A DNA stretch of 64,000 bases, taken from contig CAWGIE010000007.1 in assembly GCA_963822585.1 (NCBI GenBank), positions 1 to 64,000 on the forward strand, in the 5' to 3' direction. A program made the position numbers and the translations under genes. Source of the DNA: an uncultured bacterium (GTDB taxonomy: Bacteria; Auribacterota; Erginobacteria; Erginobacterales; Erginobacteraceae). Below, one piece after another: positions 20,663 to 30,855 of this stretch. The stretch's first letter is position 1. The number at the start of each line of letters is the position of its first letter. The notes beneath the pieces were generated by a model, which ran no database searches, was not told the DNA's origin, and worked only from the letters and a program-made list of their open reading frames with translations.

Positions 20663-21021
20663 AAAAGAGGGAGAGACGAGGGAGAATTCGCGTAATTCGC
20701 GTAATTCGTAGTTTATTTCAAGGGGGTGAGGCGGGGGGAAAAAACTGAACGTCGAACGTCGAACTTCCAACATCGAACTTCGAACGAAAGGGGACATCCC
20801 CCATTCCATCACATCCAATCGTCTGTTCTTAAAAGGGGGCGCGGCGGGGGGAAAAAACTGAACATCGAACGTCGAACTTCCAACATCGAACTTCGAACGA
20901 AAGGGGACATCCCCCATTCCATCACATCCAATCGTCTGTTCTTAAAAGGGGGCGAGGCGGGGGAGCAATAATTATCTTCGTGTCTTAGTGTCTTCGTGGT
21001 TATAAAGGGGCCGAGGCGGGG
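20663..21021. repeat. Array of a conserved G-rich motif alternating with variable repeat modules (includes a 113-bp tandem duplication)
   Basis: AAAGGGGGCGAGGCGGGG-like motif at 20663, 20720, 20831, 20944 and 21004. Confidence 0.8.
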
Positions 21022-21024
21022 ATG

Positions 21025-22302
21025 TCAGTGGACGGAGCAGGAGATGCAGGGGTCGTAGGCGCGGACCAGCATCTCGCTCAGCCGGGTGATCTCGGCGTCG
21101 TTCTTCTTCTCGGTGAGCGACTGCTCCACCAGGGCCGCCAGGTCGAAGTGAATGTTGGCGTTGTTCTGGGTGGTGGGGATGACGCAGTCGGCTTTCCTGA
21201 TGGTCCCTTTCTTGTCCAGCCTGTAATGATGGTAGAGGATCCCCCGGGGCACCTCGACCGCCCCCACTCCTTCGCCCGCCTTGACCGTATAGCCGGCGCA
21301 GATGTTATCCAGTTTGCCGTCCAACAGTTTGTTGATGATGGCCATCGCGTCGAGCATCACGTGGTAGCACTCGATCACCTGGGCGACGTTGTTCATGAAC
21401 GGGTTGTGATTAACGGGCTGGAGACCAAGCGCCCAGGCCGAGTCTTTCGCGTCCTGGTGCAGGAGGGAGTAGTTGTTGTTGAAGCGGGCCAGCGCGCCGA
21501 CCGCGAAAGAATCCCGGCTCAACCGGGTGAACTTGGAGGTGGAAAAATCCTCCTTGTACTCGTTGGTCATGGCCAGGTAATCGTCTTCCGGTTTCGATAC
21601 TCCGTCGGTGGAGACCAGTTCGCCTCCGATCCAGGGATAATAGGTCTTCCCTCTCAAAGAAACGAATTCGGTTTCCCGGACAAAGTTCGGGATGGTGAAG
21701 GTCCGGAAAAGATCGACCGTAGACATGATATCCTGGATCCGGCTCCGGATGGTCTCCCGCATCGCCTCCAGCTGCTTCTTTTCGGGCGCCTTACTCAGGC
21801 CGCCGACCACCAGGGTTACCGGATGGGTGGTTCGGCCCGCGATCAGGTCGCAGAGGTCGTTGGCCACGCCCTTGAGCCGCACGGCCAGCGCGGCAACTTC
21901 GGGATGGGATTTGATCAGGGGGATGACGTTGTCCACCCCGAAAAAATCCGGCGCGGCCAGAAAGAAGACATGGAGGATATGGCTCTGGAGGGTCTCCCCG
22001 TGCTTGGCGAGAAGGCGCAACAGCTGGGCGGGCTTCGGCACCTTGACGTCCATTGCCCTCTCAATCGCCCGGAGACTGGCCAGGGTGTGGCCGATCGAAC
22101 AGATACCGCAGATCCGGGAGGTCAAGGTCGGGGCCAGGTCGTGGGACATCCCCCGGAGCATGGCCTCGAAGAAACGGGGAGTCTCCACCACCGCCCATTG
22201 AGCTTCGACCATTTTCCCGTTCCGGACCTTGATGTGGATATTGCCGTGTCCCTCCACCCGGGTCAGGTGGTGGACGTCTATCTTCATCTCAACTTTCATC
22301 AT
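21025..22302 (-). CDS. hydA: NiFe hydrogenase large subunit, group 3b-like
   Basis: TRVEGHG, SRICGIC (L1), EVPRG and YDPCISCSVH (L2). Confidence 0.92.
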   Translation of the reverse strand: MMKVEMKIDVHHLTRVEGHGNIHIKVRNGKMVEAQWAVVETPRFFEAMLRGMSHDLAPTLTSRICGICSIGHTLASLRAIERAMDVKVPKPAQLLRLLAKHGETLQSHILHVFFLAAPDFFGVDNVIPLIKSHPEVAALAVRLKGVANDLCDLIAGRTTHPVTLVVGGLSKAPEKKQLEAMRETIRSRIQDIMSTVDLFRTFTIPNFVRETEFVSLRGKTYYPWIGGELVSTDGVSKPEDDYLAMTNEYKEDFSTSKFTRLSRDSFAVGALARFNNNYSLLHQDAKDSAWALGLQPVNHNPFMNNVAQVIECYHVMLDAMAIINKLLDGKLDNICAGYTVKAGEGVGAVEVPRGILYHHYRLDKKGTIRKADCVIPTTQNNANIHFDLAALVEQSLTEKKNDAEITRLSEMLVRAYDPCISCSVH

Positions 22303-22369
22303 ATAAATTAGCGCCTTCGGCGCTATTTTATCTATCCAATCAATCTCATTTAAGATGCTTTTAAAAATG

Positions 22370-23131
22370 TCATTTTTCACCGGCCGGCGCCGGGAAAGCG
22401 TTGAAGAAGGTCATCCGCTCCACGGCCTCCTTCTCGGTAAATCCGTGTTCCTTCAGTATCTGGCGGAAGGAGTCATAGTTCGCTTCCTCGGCCGGACCCC
22501 GGCAGCCCAGACACCCCGCTTTGCCGGTGGGGCAAACCGCCCCGCAGCCGGCCCGGGTGATCGGCCCCAGACACATTCGGCCCAGGTCGAAAACACAGGT
22601 ATTGAGAAGACGCCGGCACTCCACGCAGACCGGGTACCGGGGAAAGGTCACCTCCGCCCCGATCACGATATCGATCACGATCCTCTCCACTTCCTCCTTG
22701 GAGATCGGGCAGCCCGGTATCTGGAGATCCACCGGCACGATGTCGCTGATCTTACGGACTTTCAGGGTATCCACCGTGTCTTCGCCGTACACTTCCTTCA
22801 CCACGTCGGAGATCGGGAAGCGGTTCTTGAGGTGATTGACGCCGCCGAAACAGGCGCAGGAGCCGATGGCGACCAGGACCTTCGCCTTCTGCCGGATCTG
22901 CTGGAGGCGCTCGACTTCATCCTCGCGGGTGATGCTTCCTTCGATCAGGGCGATCTCGTAGTCTTCTCCCCGGTCCGAGGAAATCTCCCGGAAGTTGATT
23001 ATCTCGATCAGGTTCAGGAAATCGACCAGGGTGTTTTCCTTGTTCGCCAGCTGGAGCTGACACCCCTCGCAGCAGGTGAAGTCGAAAACACCGAGGCGGA
23101 TCTTCTTTGGTTCTATACCAAGATATTTCAA
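22370..23131 (-). CDS. hydD: NiFe hydrogenase small subunit (delta)
   Basis: TCCEGC, EGS, GSCA, PGCP, VCVEC and CLGCRGP motifs. Confidence 0.9.
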   Translation of the reverse strand: MKYLGIEPKKIRLGVFDFTCCEGCQLQLANKENTLVDFLNLIEIINFREISSDRGEDYEIALIEGSITREDEVERLQQIRQKAKVLVAIGSCACFGGVNHLKNRFPISDVVKEVYGEDTVDTLKVRKISDIVPVDLQIPGCPISKEEVERIVIDIVIGAEVTFPRYPVCVECRRLLNTCVFDLGRMCLGPITRAGCGAVCPTGKAGCLGCRGPAEEANYDSFRQILKEHGFTEKEAVERMTFFNAFPAPAGEK

Positions 23132-23180
23132 TACTAACCCCTAATCAGTCACTCTCGCCAAACCAAAACAATGCCGATTG

Positions 23181-23270
23181 AAACCACGAAGTACACGAAG
23201 GTCACGAAGGGAAGGAAAAGGATTGATAAACTTTATTGTTATCTTCGTGTCCTTCGTGTCCTTCGTGGTA
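23181..23270. repeat. Inverted pair of ACACGAAGG nonamer arrays; others at 7053/9425, 11135/12718, 49101-49196, 49819-49955; single arms at 5843, 19591, 20976
   Basis: AAACCACGAAGTACACGAAGGTCACGAAG ... CTTCGTGTCCTTCGTGTCCTTCGTGGT. Confidence 0.85.
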
Positions 23271-23325
23271 ATTTCTATTTGTTGTTTTTCAATTAGAGTT
23301 ACAGTGATTCCGATGGATGACAGGC

Positions 23326-24234
23326 TTAAATGGCTTCTTTCAGATTGAGGACCGACCAGTAATCGAAGACCGGGCCGTCCACGCAGGTGAAGGTCGAGCC
23401 GACCATGCACCGGCAGCACTTCCCCATCCCGCAGTGCATCCTTCTCTCCAGGGAGACGAACATCCGGTTCATCGGGATGCCCAGGGAGTCGAGGTGGTTG
23501 CAGACGAACTTGAACATGATCGGCGGCCCGCAGACGATGGCGTAGGTATTGTCGGGATCGATGGTTATCTCCTTGAACAGTTCGGTGATCAGCCCGACCC
23601 GGCCCTTCCATTTCTCGTCCGCCCGGTCGACAATGGTGAAGAGCTTGATATGGTTCACCTTCTCCCACTCCCCGTATTGATAGGTGAAGAGCATCGACGA
23701 GGGATCTTTGGTCCCGTAAAGAATATGCACGTCTTTATACTCATCCCGGTGTTCATTCACCCAGTAGATCGGCGCCCGGAGCGGGGCCAGCCCGAGACCG
23801 CCGGCAATCAGAAGTATGTTGTGACCGACCATCTCTTCCATCGGGAACGAGGTTCCGAACGGACCCCGGATCCCGACGTGAGCTCCCGTCCGGGCCCGGT
23901 GGAGCAACTCCGTGGTGCGGCCGGCCTTTCTCACGCAGAGGGCGATATATTCCTTGTTATTGGATGAGCTGGAGATGGAGATCGGGACCTCACCGAAGCC
24001 GGGCACTTCCAGCATGATGAACTGGCCGGGACGGAAATTGAATACGGCGCGATCGGCGGGATCGAGAATTTTCAGGTGGAAAAGTTTTTCGAGTTCGGTG
24101 AGCTTGATGATGTTGATGATCTCGCACTTGTACACCTTGTCCGTCCGCATGGTCACGTACTTCCAGTTGAACTGGGGCGGTCGGGTCATGAAGGGCTTGA
24201 GGTTAATATCCTGTTTGGGGATCTCAAACTTCAT
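23326..24234 (-). CDS. hydG: FAD/NAD(P)-binding hydrogenase gamma subunit
   Basis: [33 protein letters not shown] and CVDGPVF. Confidence 0.9.
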   Translation of the reverse strand: MKFEIPKQDINLKPFMTRPPQFNWKYVTMRTDKVYKCEIINIIKLTELEKLFHLKILDPADRAVFNFRPGQFIMLEVPGFGEVPISISSSSNNKEYIALCVRKAGRTTELLHRARTGAHVGIRGPFGTSFPMEEMVGHNILLIAGGLGLAPLRAPIYWVNEHRDEYKDVHILYGTKDPSSMLFTYQYGEWEKVNHIKLFTIVDRADEKWKGRVGLITELFKEITIDPDNTYAIVCGPPIMFKFVCNHLDSLGIPMNRMFVSLERRMHCGMGKCCRCMVGSTFTCVDGPVFDYWSVLNLKEAI

Positions 24235-25273
24235 CGGCTCTCTCCAATATCAGGTCCCTGATGACATCCTTGGGATTGATCCCCGCCAGGCAGGAACGCC
24301 CGCAGCGGTTGCATCCCACGCAGATCTGCGCGTCGGCGTTCTCGGCAAACCCATGGTAATGGTGATAAAAACGGTACTTCAATCGGTCTTCCTTGAGCGG
24401 CCGAAAGTTATGGCCCCCCGCCACCTCGGCGAAATCGACCACCGTGCAGGAATACTGGCATCGCTCTTTCCGGGAGCTTTTCAGGTCGACGGCGATCGTC
24501 TCCTCGATCCCGTAGCAGTAACAGGTCGGGCAGACGATGGCGCAGGTTCCGCAGTTCAGACACTTGTCTCCCCATTTCTTCCAGATCGGCGACGTGAACT
24601 CAATGTCCAGCAGGTTCGGCAACGCATCGACCTCGACCCGGGTCTTGAAACTCTTCTTGATGGCCTTCTTGCGCTCGATCCACTTTTTATCATCGGCCTT
24701 GGTCGGCAGGGCGGTCTTGACATTGCGAAGAAAATTGAAAGCTTTGGATGAATTGATGGAAAGATAATACCGGTCGCCGATATCGGTGCAGAAGAGGTTG
24801 AACCCCTGGCGCACCGTAAGCTCTCCCAAAGATTCACAGAAGCAATCGTCGAGGGGCATGTGGTCCATGCCGATCAGGAAGGTGTTATTCCTCCTCGATA
24901 TGTAGTAGGGCGACGGGTAGGTCCCGCGGACGAAAATGTCGTCGAGCTTGCAGAGGGCGTTGATATCGCAGGCACGAATGCCGACAATGACCCGGGGGTT
25001 GACGCGGTATTCTATCTCCTGCTCCCAGTCATTGTCCGTGAAAGAGTAGCGGGAAAGGACCTCCCGGAAGGGCAGGAAAAAGTTCTTCAGGGACGAATAG
25101 GTGACGGTATAATCGAGGTCCATCTCATCGAAGGAATGGATCTGGCGGAACTGGTAGATCGGTTTCCCGTTCCTATCCGTGTCCACCTGTCGGGGGCCGA
25201 AAGTCTCGTTCCCTTCGATCAGTCCGTCGATCAGTTTCCGGAATTGCTTCTTGGTAATGACGCGATAGATCAT
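24224..25273 (-). CDS. hydB: 4Fe-4S hydrogenase beta subunit (AsrA-like)
   Basis: [20 protein letters not shown] and [11 protein letters not shown]. Confidence 0.88.
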   Translation of the reverse strand: MIYRVITKKQFRKLIDGLIEGNETFGPRQVDTDRNGKPIYQFRQIHSFDEMDLDYTVTYSSLKNFFLPFREVLSRYSFTDNDWEQEIEYRVNPRVIVGIRACDINALCKLDDIFVRGTYPSPYYISRRNNTFLIGMDHMPLDDCFCESLGELTVRQGFNLFCTDIGDRYYLSINSSKAFNFLRNVKTALPTKADDKKWIERKKAIKKSFKTRVEVDALPNLLDIEFTSPIWKKWGDKCLNCGTCAIVCPTCYCYGIEETIAVDLKSSRKERCQYSCTVVDFAEVAGGHNFRPLKEDRLKYRFYHHYHGFAENADAQICVGCNRCGRSCLAGINPKDVIRDLILERADEV

Positions 25274-25630
25274 GAACAAGTTGGCGCCGGCGGCGCAACT
25301 TGTAGCGTAAAGTGTAATGTTTAAAGTGTAATGAAACTTTCCACCTGACACTTCACACTACGTATTAACGTTCCTGAATAGTTAACCGACCCCTCTTCGG
25401 TCGCTAATTGATGGAGTAACGGAGTGCTGGAGTGTTGGGGACCGAGCCTCCATCACTCCAGTACTCCAATATTCCATCACTCCCTGTTGATATGGATTGC
25501 ATATAGTACCTATCCGAAAGCGGACAAACAATAAAAAACATCGGGAGGTTTAACGCCCAGCCGGGAGAGGTAGCCGCCGGAGGGGGTGGCGGCTCCTCTC
25601 CCGGTAGGAAGTCCGGATAATGGCTGCCGG

Positions 25631-26785
25631 TTATGAGGAACAATCGGACCGTTTCGGTCCCGATCTTACTTTCCCGCCCGTTTCTTCCTTCTCCTCTTCC
25701 TGCGGTTCGGTAACCTGTTTGATCGTGATGAAGGAACCCACCTGCTCCATCTTACAGCCTGAAACCTCGATGACGGCCTTGAGCGCGGCCAGGTATTCAT
25801 CTTTGGGTATCTCATCGGGGACATTGAACATCACGCAACCCCCGACATGGGGACCGACAACCACGTTCTGGCCGCTCAGGTCGCTGTATTTCTTAATCAG
25901 GCGCCTGATCGGCACGGTTTCGCCCGGGCGGTCGAGTTGCTCGATGATGCCGGCCAGGCGGTTGATATTGGTGGCGGTGTCGGTGATGATCAGGGTGTTG
26001 GTCGCCGGGTAGACCGTCACACTGGTGTCTTTCGGTAAAAGCTGTCCCAGTGTTCTCCGGATGGATCCGGCATCGGCGTGCTCGAGCTTGAACATCCGGG
26101 TGACGATTTCGTCTCCCGTCGGCGGGGGTTCCTTACCGTCGGGAACCACCAAGGGGACGGATCGCTGGGTGGCTTCTCTTTTCGTCATGATCTTGACCAC
26201 GTCGCCCGACGGGACCATGGCATACCCCTTCACCTCCAGAATCGATTCCAAAAGGTTCATTGCCTCCGAGACGGGGATCTTATGGGGACAGATCACCGTG
26301 ATCGTACCCCGAACGTCATCGTCAATGATGAAATTGGTCCCGGTCAGGTCGCTGACGAATTTTATCGCTACCCGGACGTCGACATTGTCGAAATCAAAAG
26401 ATATCATAACGTCATCCGGTAAGGGGGCCTGATTCATTCCCCCGGCAGCCTTCTTCAGGATAAGCGTTTCTTCGTCATCCGCGCCTTTCAGGACCACGCC
26501 CTTTTCGCTGATCTCCGTTATGGTCAGTCCCCGGATAACATCACCGGCCGAATAAAGATTTTCCGTCCTTTTCTTCGCGTCGCTGATAATCGCCCGGTTC
26601 CCGCCGGCGGTGTCAGCCACTACGATTCCTTCCACCCGTAAGTCCGATAACGGATGCGGATCGTTGGGCCGGGCAGCGGAAGAGCCGGAGCGGGCTCGCT
26701 CGGCGTACGCAGCGGGTACCGCGCCGGCGGATCCCAGAAGCGTAAGGGAGGTCAGGACGGCAACACAAACCACACTACTTCTCAT
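25631..26785 (-). CDS. Exported protein with a GspC-HR-like domain fused to secretin N0/N1-like domains; no secretin barrel
   Basis: Signal peptide; LRVEGIV...RAIIS...LYSAGD; FDFDNVDVRVAIKFVSDLTGTNFIIDDDVRGTITV; FKLEHADA...ATNTLIITD...IIEQLD. Confidence 0.7.
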   Translation of the reverse strand: MRSSVVCVAVLTSLTLLGSAGAVPAAYAERARSGSSAARPNDPHPLSDLRVEGIVVADTAGGNRAIISDAKKRTENLYSAGDVIRGLTITEISEKGVVLKGADDEETLILKKAAGGMNQAPLPDDVMISFDFDNVDVRVAIKFVSDLTGTNFIIDDDVRGTITVICPHKIPVSEAMNLLESILEVKGYAMVPSGDVVKIMTKREATQRSVPLVVPDGKEPPPTGDEIVTRMFKLEHADAGSIRRTLGQLLPKDTSVTVYPATNTLIITDTATNINRLAGIIEQLDRPGETVPIRRLIKKYSDLSGQNVVVGPHVGGCVMFNVPDEIPKDEYLAALKAVIEVSGCKMEQVGSFITIKQVTEPQEEEKEETGGKVRSGPKRSDCSS

Positions 26786-26930
26786 AGTGATCTCTCCTCA
26801 TCTGGATGCGTTCTTTTCCGGATCGCATCCGGTTCTTGTTGTTGCCTGATATCAGGGTTTTGATGTTACTCCCCCTCCCTTTCCGATACACTACGGCGGA
26901 CAGGCACCCTTTGTTCAAAAAAATCGTAAA

Positions 26931-27677
26931 ATGCGAATAAAAGAGATCGAAACCAAAACCGCTCTGGTCAGGTCGCGGATACCCGGGGTCGGCTTCGTCA
27001 TCAACCCCTACCTCGGCTGCGGCCACGGGTGCCGTTACTGCTACGCGACCTTCATGAGGAAGCACTCCCATTTCAATCAGGACAGCCGCTGGGGGGAGTT
27101 CGTGGAGGTAAAAACGAATATCGTCGACGTGCTCCGCGACGAACTGGGACGGAAAAGAAAAACCGGCAGGGCGTTTCTCTCCAGCGTCTGCGACCCTTAC
27201 CAGCCCGTTGAACGCCGGTATAAACTGACCCGGCAATGCCTGGAACTACTCCGGAACTACGGCTGGGAGATCGGCATCCTCACCCGGTCGCCGCTGGTGA
27301 TCCGGGACATCGATATCATCTCTTCCTCGCTCGACGCCCAGGTCGGGCTCTCCATCCCCACCGACGATGACCGGGTGCGCCGGATACTGGAGCCGAACTC
27401 GCCGCCGATCGGGAGCCGGATCGAGACCTTGAAACGGCTGCGGGAAGCCGGGATCCGGACCTGGGCGTTCATCGCCCCCATCGTGCCCATGGATCCCCGC
27501 CGGCTCCATCACCTGGTATCCCCCCACGTCGAGTCCGTCCTGATCGACCCGCTGAACTACGCCTCCCAGGTGGAAAAGGTTTTCCGGGAACACGGCTGGG
27601 CGTACGCCCTCGCGCCGGGATACGGGAAGAAGATGCGGGGGATCTTAAAACACCTCTTTAAGGAAAAGGCGCAGTAA
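26931..27677 (+). CDS. Radical SAM protein (SplB-like)
   Basis: NPYLGCGHGCRYCYA, DPYQPVE and LTRS. Confidence 0.85.
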   Translation: MRIKEIETKTALVRSRIPGVGFVINPYLGCGHGCRYCYATFMRKHSHFNQDSRWGEFVEVKTNIVDVLRDELGRKRKTGRAFLSSVCDPYQPVERRYKLTRQCLELLRNYGWEIGILTRSPLVIRDIDIISSSLDAQVGLSIPTDDDRVRRILEPNSPPIGSRIETLKRLREAGIRTWAFIAPIVPMDPRRLHHLVSPHVESVLIDPLNYASQVEKVFREHGWAYALAPGYGKKMRGILKHLFKEKAQ

Positions 27678-27745
27678 TCGATAATCAGTGATCGGTAACC
27701 GGTTCACTGATTACCGATCACTGATTACCGATTACTGATTACTGT
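27674..27745. repeat. Inverted TRATCAG heptamer arrays between convergent genes
   Basis: GTAATCGATAATCAGTGATCGGTAA ... CTGATTACCGATCACTGATTACCGATTACTG. Confidence 0.75.
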
Positions 27746-29417
27746 TTACCTGCCCCCCCATCCGGTTCAAAGCGCTCAGGACCGCCTTGATCGAGGCCAG
27801 GCTGATATTGGTATCAACCCCGACGCCGAAGACCGGCTCTCCATCCGCCTCCTGCAACGAGATATAGGCGGCCGCCGCGCCGGCCGCTCCCCGATGATCG
27901 ACCGCGTGCTCGTCATAGGATGAAACGGCGAACTGTCTTCCGATGGCTTTCCCGATCCCCCGGACAAAGGCATCGATGGGGCCGTTGCCGCTCCCGGTAA
28001 ACGCCCGTTTCCCGTCTCCTTCGGCTACCTCCGCCCGGACTTCGGCGCCCCCGGCCGCGTCTTCTTCCACATGACACTTCAGCAAACGATAGGGGACGGC
28101 CAGATCCAGGTACTCTTCCCGGAAATACCGGAAGATATCTCCCGGTGAAAGTTCCTTCCCGGTCCGGTCGGTCTCCGCCTGGACGACCCGCGCAAACTCC
28201 GCTTGCATCGCCTTCGGAAGCCGGAAACCGAACTCGGTCTCCATGATGTACCCGACGCCCCCCTTCCCCGATTGGCTGTTGATCCGGATGATCCGCTGGT
28301 AGCTTCGGCCGAGATCGGCGGGGTCGATCGGCAGATAGGGGACCGACCAGATCGTCTCCCCCTCTTCCCGGTGGGCTTTCATTCCCTTGCTGATTGCGTC
28401 CTGGTGCGAGCCGGAGAAGGCCGTATAGACCAGTTCGCCGGCATAGGGATGCCGCGGATGAACGTCCATCCCCGTGCACCGTGAGTATATTTCCCTCACC
28501 CGATCGATATCGGAGAAATCCAGGCCGGGGTCCACGCCCTGGGAAAACATGTTCAGGGCCATGGTGACGATGTCCAGATTCCCGGTCCTCTCGCCGTTTC
28601 CGAAGAGTGTCCCTTCAACCCGGTCGGCGCCCGCCATCAATGCCAGTTCGGCCGCCGCCACCGCCGTCCCCCGGTCATTGTGGGTGTGCAGGCTGATGAT
28701 CACGGAATCGCGATCGCGGACATTCCGGCAGAACCATTCAATCCGGTCGGCGTAGATGTTGGGCGTGCCCGCTTCGACCGTCGACGGCAGGTTGAAGATG
28801 ACCGGGACGGAGGAGGAGGGTTGCCAGACGTCTTTTACCGCGTGGCAGATTTCCAGGGCGTACTCCGGCTCGGTACCGGTAAAGCTCTCCGGCGAATATT
28901 CGAATCGGATATCCTGCCTACCCGATTCATCTCTCAACCGGCGCATCAGTTGCGCGCCCGAGACGGCGATGGCTTTGATCTCCTCCCGGTTCTTTCTGAA
29001 CACAACTTCCCGCTGCCGGGTGGAGGTCGAATTGTAGAGATGAACGATCGCGTGTTCCGCCCCGGCCAGGGTTTCGAATGTCTTCCTGATCAGGTGTTCC
29101 CGGGCCTGCGTCAAGACCTGAATCGTAACGTCAGCCGGGATCCTGCCTTCATCGATCAGCTTCCTGATAAACCGGTACTCGATCTCGGAGGCGGAGGGAA
29201 AGCCGACCTCTATCTCCTTGAAACCGATTTCAACCAGGAGTTCGAAGAGCCGGACCTTCTCCGGGATGTTCATGGGCACGCTCAGCGCCTGGTTTCCGTC
29301 CCGCAGATCGACGCTGCACCAGATCGGCCCCTGCTCGATCCTGCGTCCCGGCCACATCCGGTCGGGCAGCTCGACGACCGGACACGGCCGGTACTTACCG
29401 TAATTCATAGTTTTCAT
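27732..29417 (-). CDS. leuA: 2-isopropylmalate synthase
   Basis: SVDLRDGNQAL, HTHNDRG, GNGERTGN, AFSGSHQDAI and RINSQSGKGG. Confidence 0.95.
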   Translation of the reverse strand: MKTMNYGKYRPCPVVELPDRMWPGRRIEQGPIWCSVDLRDGNQALSVPMNIPEKVRLFELLVEIGFKEIEVGFPSASEIEYRFIRKLIDEGRIPADVTIQVLTQAREHLIRKTFETLAGAEHAIVHLYNSTSTRQREVVFRKNREEIKAIAVSGAQLMRRLRDESGRQDIRFEYSPESFTGTEPEYALEICHAVKDVWQPSSSVPVIFNLPSTVEAGTPNIYADRIEWFCRNVRDRDSVIISLHTHNDRGTAVAAAELALMAGADRVEGTLFGNGERTGNLDIVTMALNMFSQGVDPGLDFSDIDRVREIYSRCTGMDVHPRHPYAGELVYTAFSGSHQDAISKGMKAHREEGETIWSVPYLPIDPADLGRSYQRIIRINSQSGKGGVGYIMETEFGFRLPKAMQAEFARVVQAETDRTGKELSPGDIFRYFREEYLDLAVPYRLLKCHVEEDAAGGAEVRAEVAEGDGKRAFTGSGNGPIDAFVRGIGKAIGRQFAVSSYDEHAVDHRGAAGAAAAYISLQEADGEPVFGVGVDTNISLASIKAVLSALNRMGGQVNSNQ

Positions 29418-29606
29418 GTCATTCCCTCTCAATTCTTGGATTTGTTAGCGGTACGCAGACCATCGTGGAGTGATGGAATACTGGAGTAGTGGAATGATGG
29501 AAAAAATGAGCCGACCATTACTCCAGCACTCCATCACTCCGTTTCTCCATTTACCCGGTTTATGCCCTGCCTCATGGCATTTCCCTTTTTGATATGCCGG
29601 GACAGT

Positions 29607-29640
29607 AAAAAAACCACCAGCCTCCGGGAGGTGGTGGTTC
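29607..29640 (-). terminator. Attenuator terminator upstream of leuA
   Basis: AACCACCACCTCCCGGAGGCTGGTGGTT followed by a T-run on the minus strand. Confidence 0.8.
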
Positions 29641-29698
29641 AGTTCGTTTCTGTTCTTTTATTTCGACGTATGAACGAAATCCGGACGCACCCTCTCCG

Positions 29699-29767
29699 TC
29701 AGCTCCCGAGGAGGAGCAGGAGAGGAGAACTAAGTCGCCGAACCGGATTTGCCGCATGCGTCTTCAT
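29699..29767 (-). CDS. leuL: Leucine attenuator leader peptide MKTHAANPVRRLSSPLLLLLGS
   Basis: Five consecutive Leu codons, upstream of a terminator and leuA. Confidence 0.85.
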   Translation of the reverse strand: MKTHAANPVRRLSSPLLLLLGS

Positions 29768-30159
29768 TTTCAATTCACTATACCCTCTATTTTCCTTTTT
29801 GCAAAAGGAAAATAATATTTTTCTTCTCCGGCGCGACGGCGGCGCGATGAACGAAGTTAATTCACGAACATCCCACCATCAGGATGACCGGGTGATCTTC
29901 GATTTACCGGGCGGTCTTTCCGGTGATATAATCCGCTGTTTCGGAATTTCAATAATCGGAAAAATCCGACTATTGAAATTTCGAAACAGGCAAAAAAGCA
30001 ACTAGAATAACATATTTCGTTTTTGCTTTTATGTTACTAGCGGCTTCCCGTTATGAATGAAGCGGTTGGTCGCGAACTAATTTTCGGGTCGTTATCAATC
30101 TGTTTTATATTCAAAAAGTGAAAATTCGCTCAATTAGCGGCAAAGCCCCTGATTTATAT

Positions 30160-30693
30160 ATGAAACCGCCCGAGATTATCGAAACAACGCGCTTGGTCCT
30201 CCGTAAACCACGAATGGAAGACGCGGAAGCGATCTTCACCGGATACGCCCGGGACCCGGAAGTTACCCGGTATCTTTCCTGGCGGACCCATCGGAAGATC
30301 GACGATACTTTTGCCTTCCTCACTGTCTGCCGCCGGGATTGGGAAAGGGGCTCCAACTTCGTCTGGGCGATCACCGGAAGAGGAAACAGCCGGTGTATCG
30401 GGATGATCGGTATCCGGGATGCCGGCTTCAAGGCCGAACTGGGGTACGTTCTGGCGCGACCCTGGTGGGGGAAAGGCATCATGACCGAGGCCGCGGGAGC
30501 CATCGTCGACGCGGTCTGGCAGCAACCGGATGTCCACCGGATCTGGGCGGTCTGCGACCGCGACAACCGGGCCTCGGCCCGGGTGATGGAGAAAACCGGG
30601 ATGAAGCGGGAGGGTATCCTGCGCCGGTGGTCTCGGCACCCCAATATCAGCCCCGAACCGAGAGACTGTTTTTGTTACTCGAAAATTAAATGA
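30160..30693 (+). CDS. GNAT N-acetyltransferase (RimJ/RimL-like)
   Basis: ETTRLVLR, ELGYVLARPWWGKGIMTEA and NRASARVMEKTGM. Confidence 0.9.
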   Translation: MKPPEIIETTRLVLRKPRMEDAEAIFTGYARDPEVTRYLSWRTHRKIDDTFAFLTVCRRDWERGSNFVWAITGRGNSRCIGMIGIRDAGFKAELGYVLARPWWGKGIMTEAAGAIVDAVWQQPDVHRIWAVCDRDNRASARVMEKTGMKREGILRRWSRHPNISPEPRDCFCYSKIK

Positions 30694-30855
30694 ACGCCGG
30701 TTGCGATCCCCGGATATAGTAAAAGACAGACAAACATAATGGAGTACTGGAGTGGTGGAGTATTGGGAAGCCGGGGCCACGCTGTTCCATCACTCCATCA
30801 TTCCAACATTCCATTACTCCGTTCTCGGTGTTACTCTGATGATGGAGAGGTTCCC

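Noticed and set aside
20591..20971. ORFs over repeat regions (also 11091-11327, 18531-18743, 48187-48390) and repeat-derived N-terminal extensions of real genes
   Set aside because: They are translations of tandem repeats (HEGHE, VRSS, WSDG-type patterns); better starts exist for the real genes.
21022..21027. Selenocysteine read-through at the hydA TGA
   Set aside because: All catalytic Cys are encoded normally and the TGA follows the terminal His.
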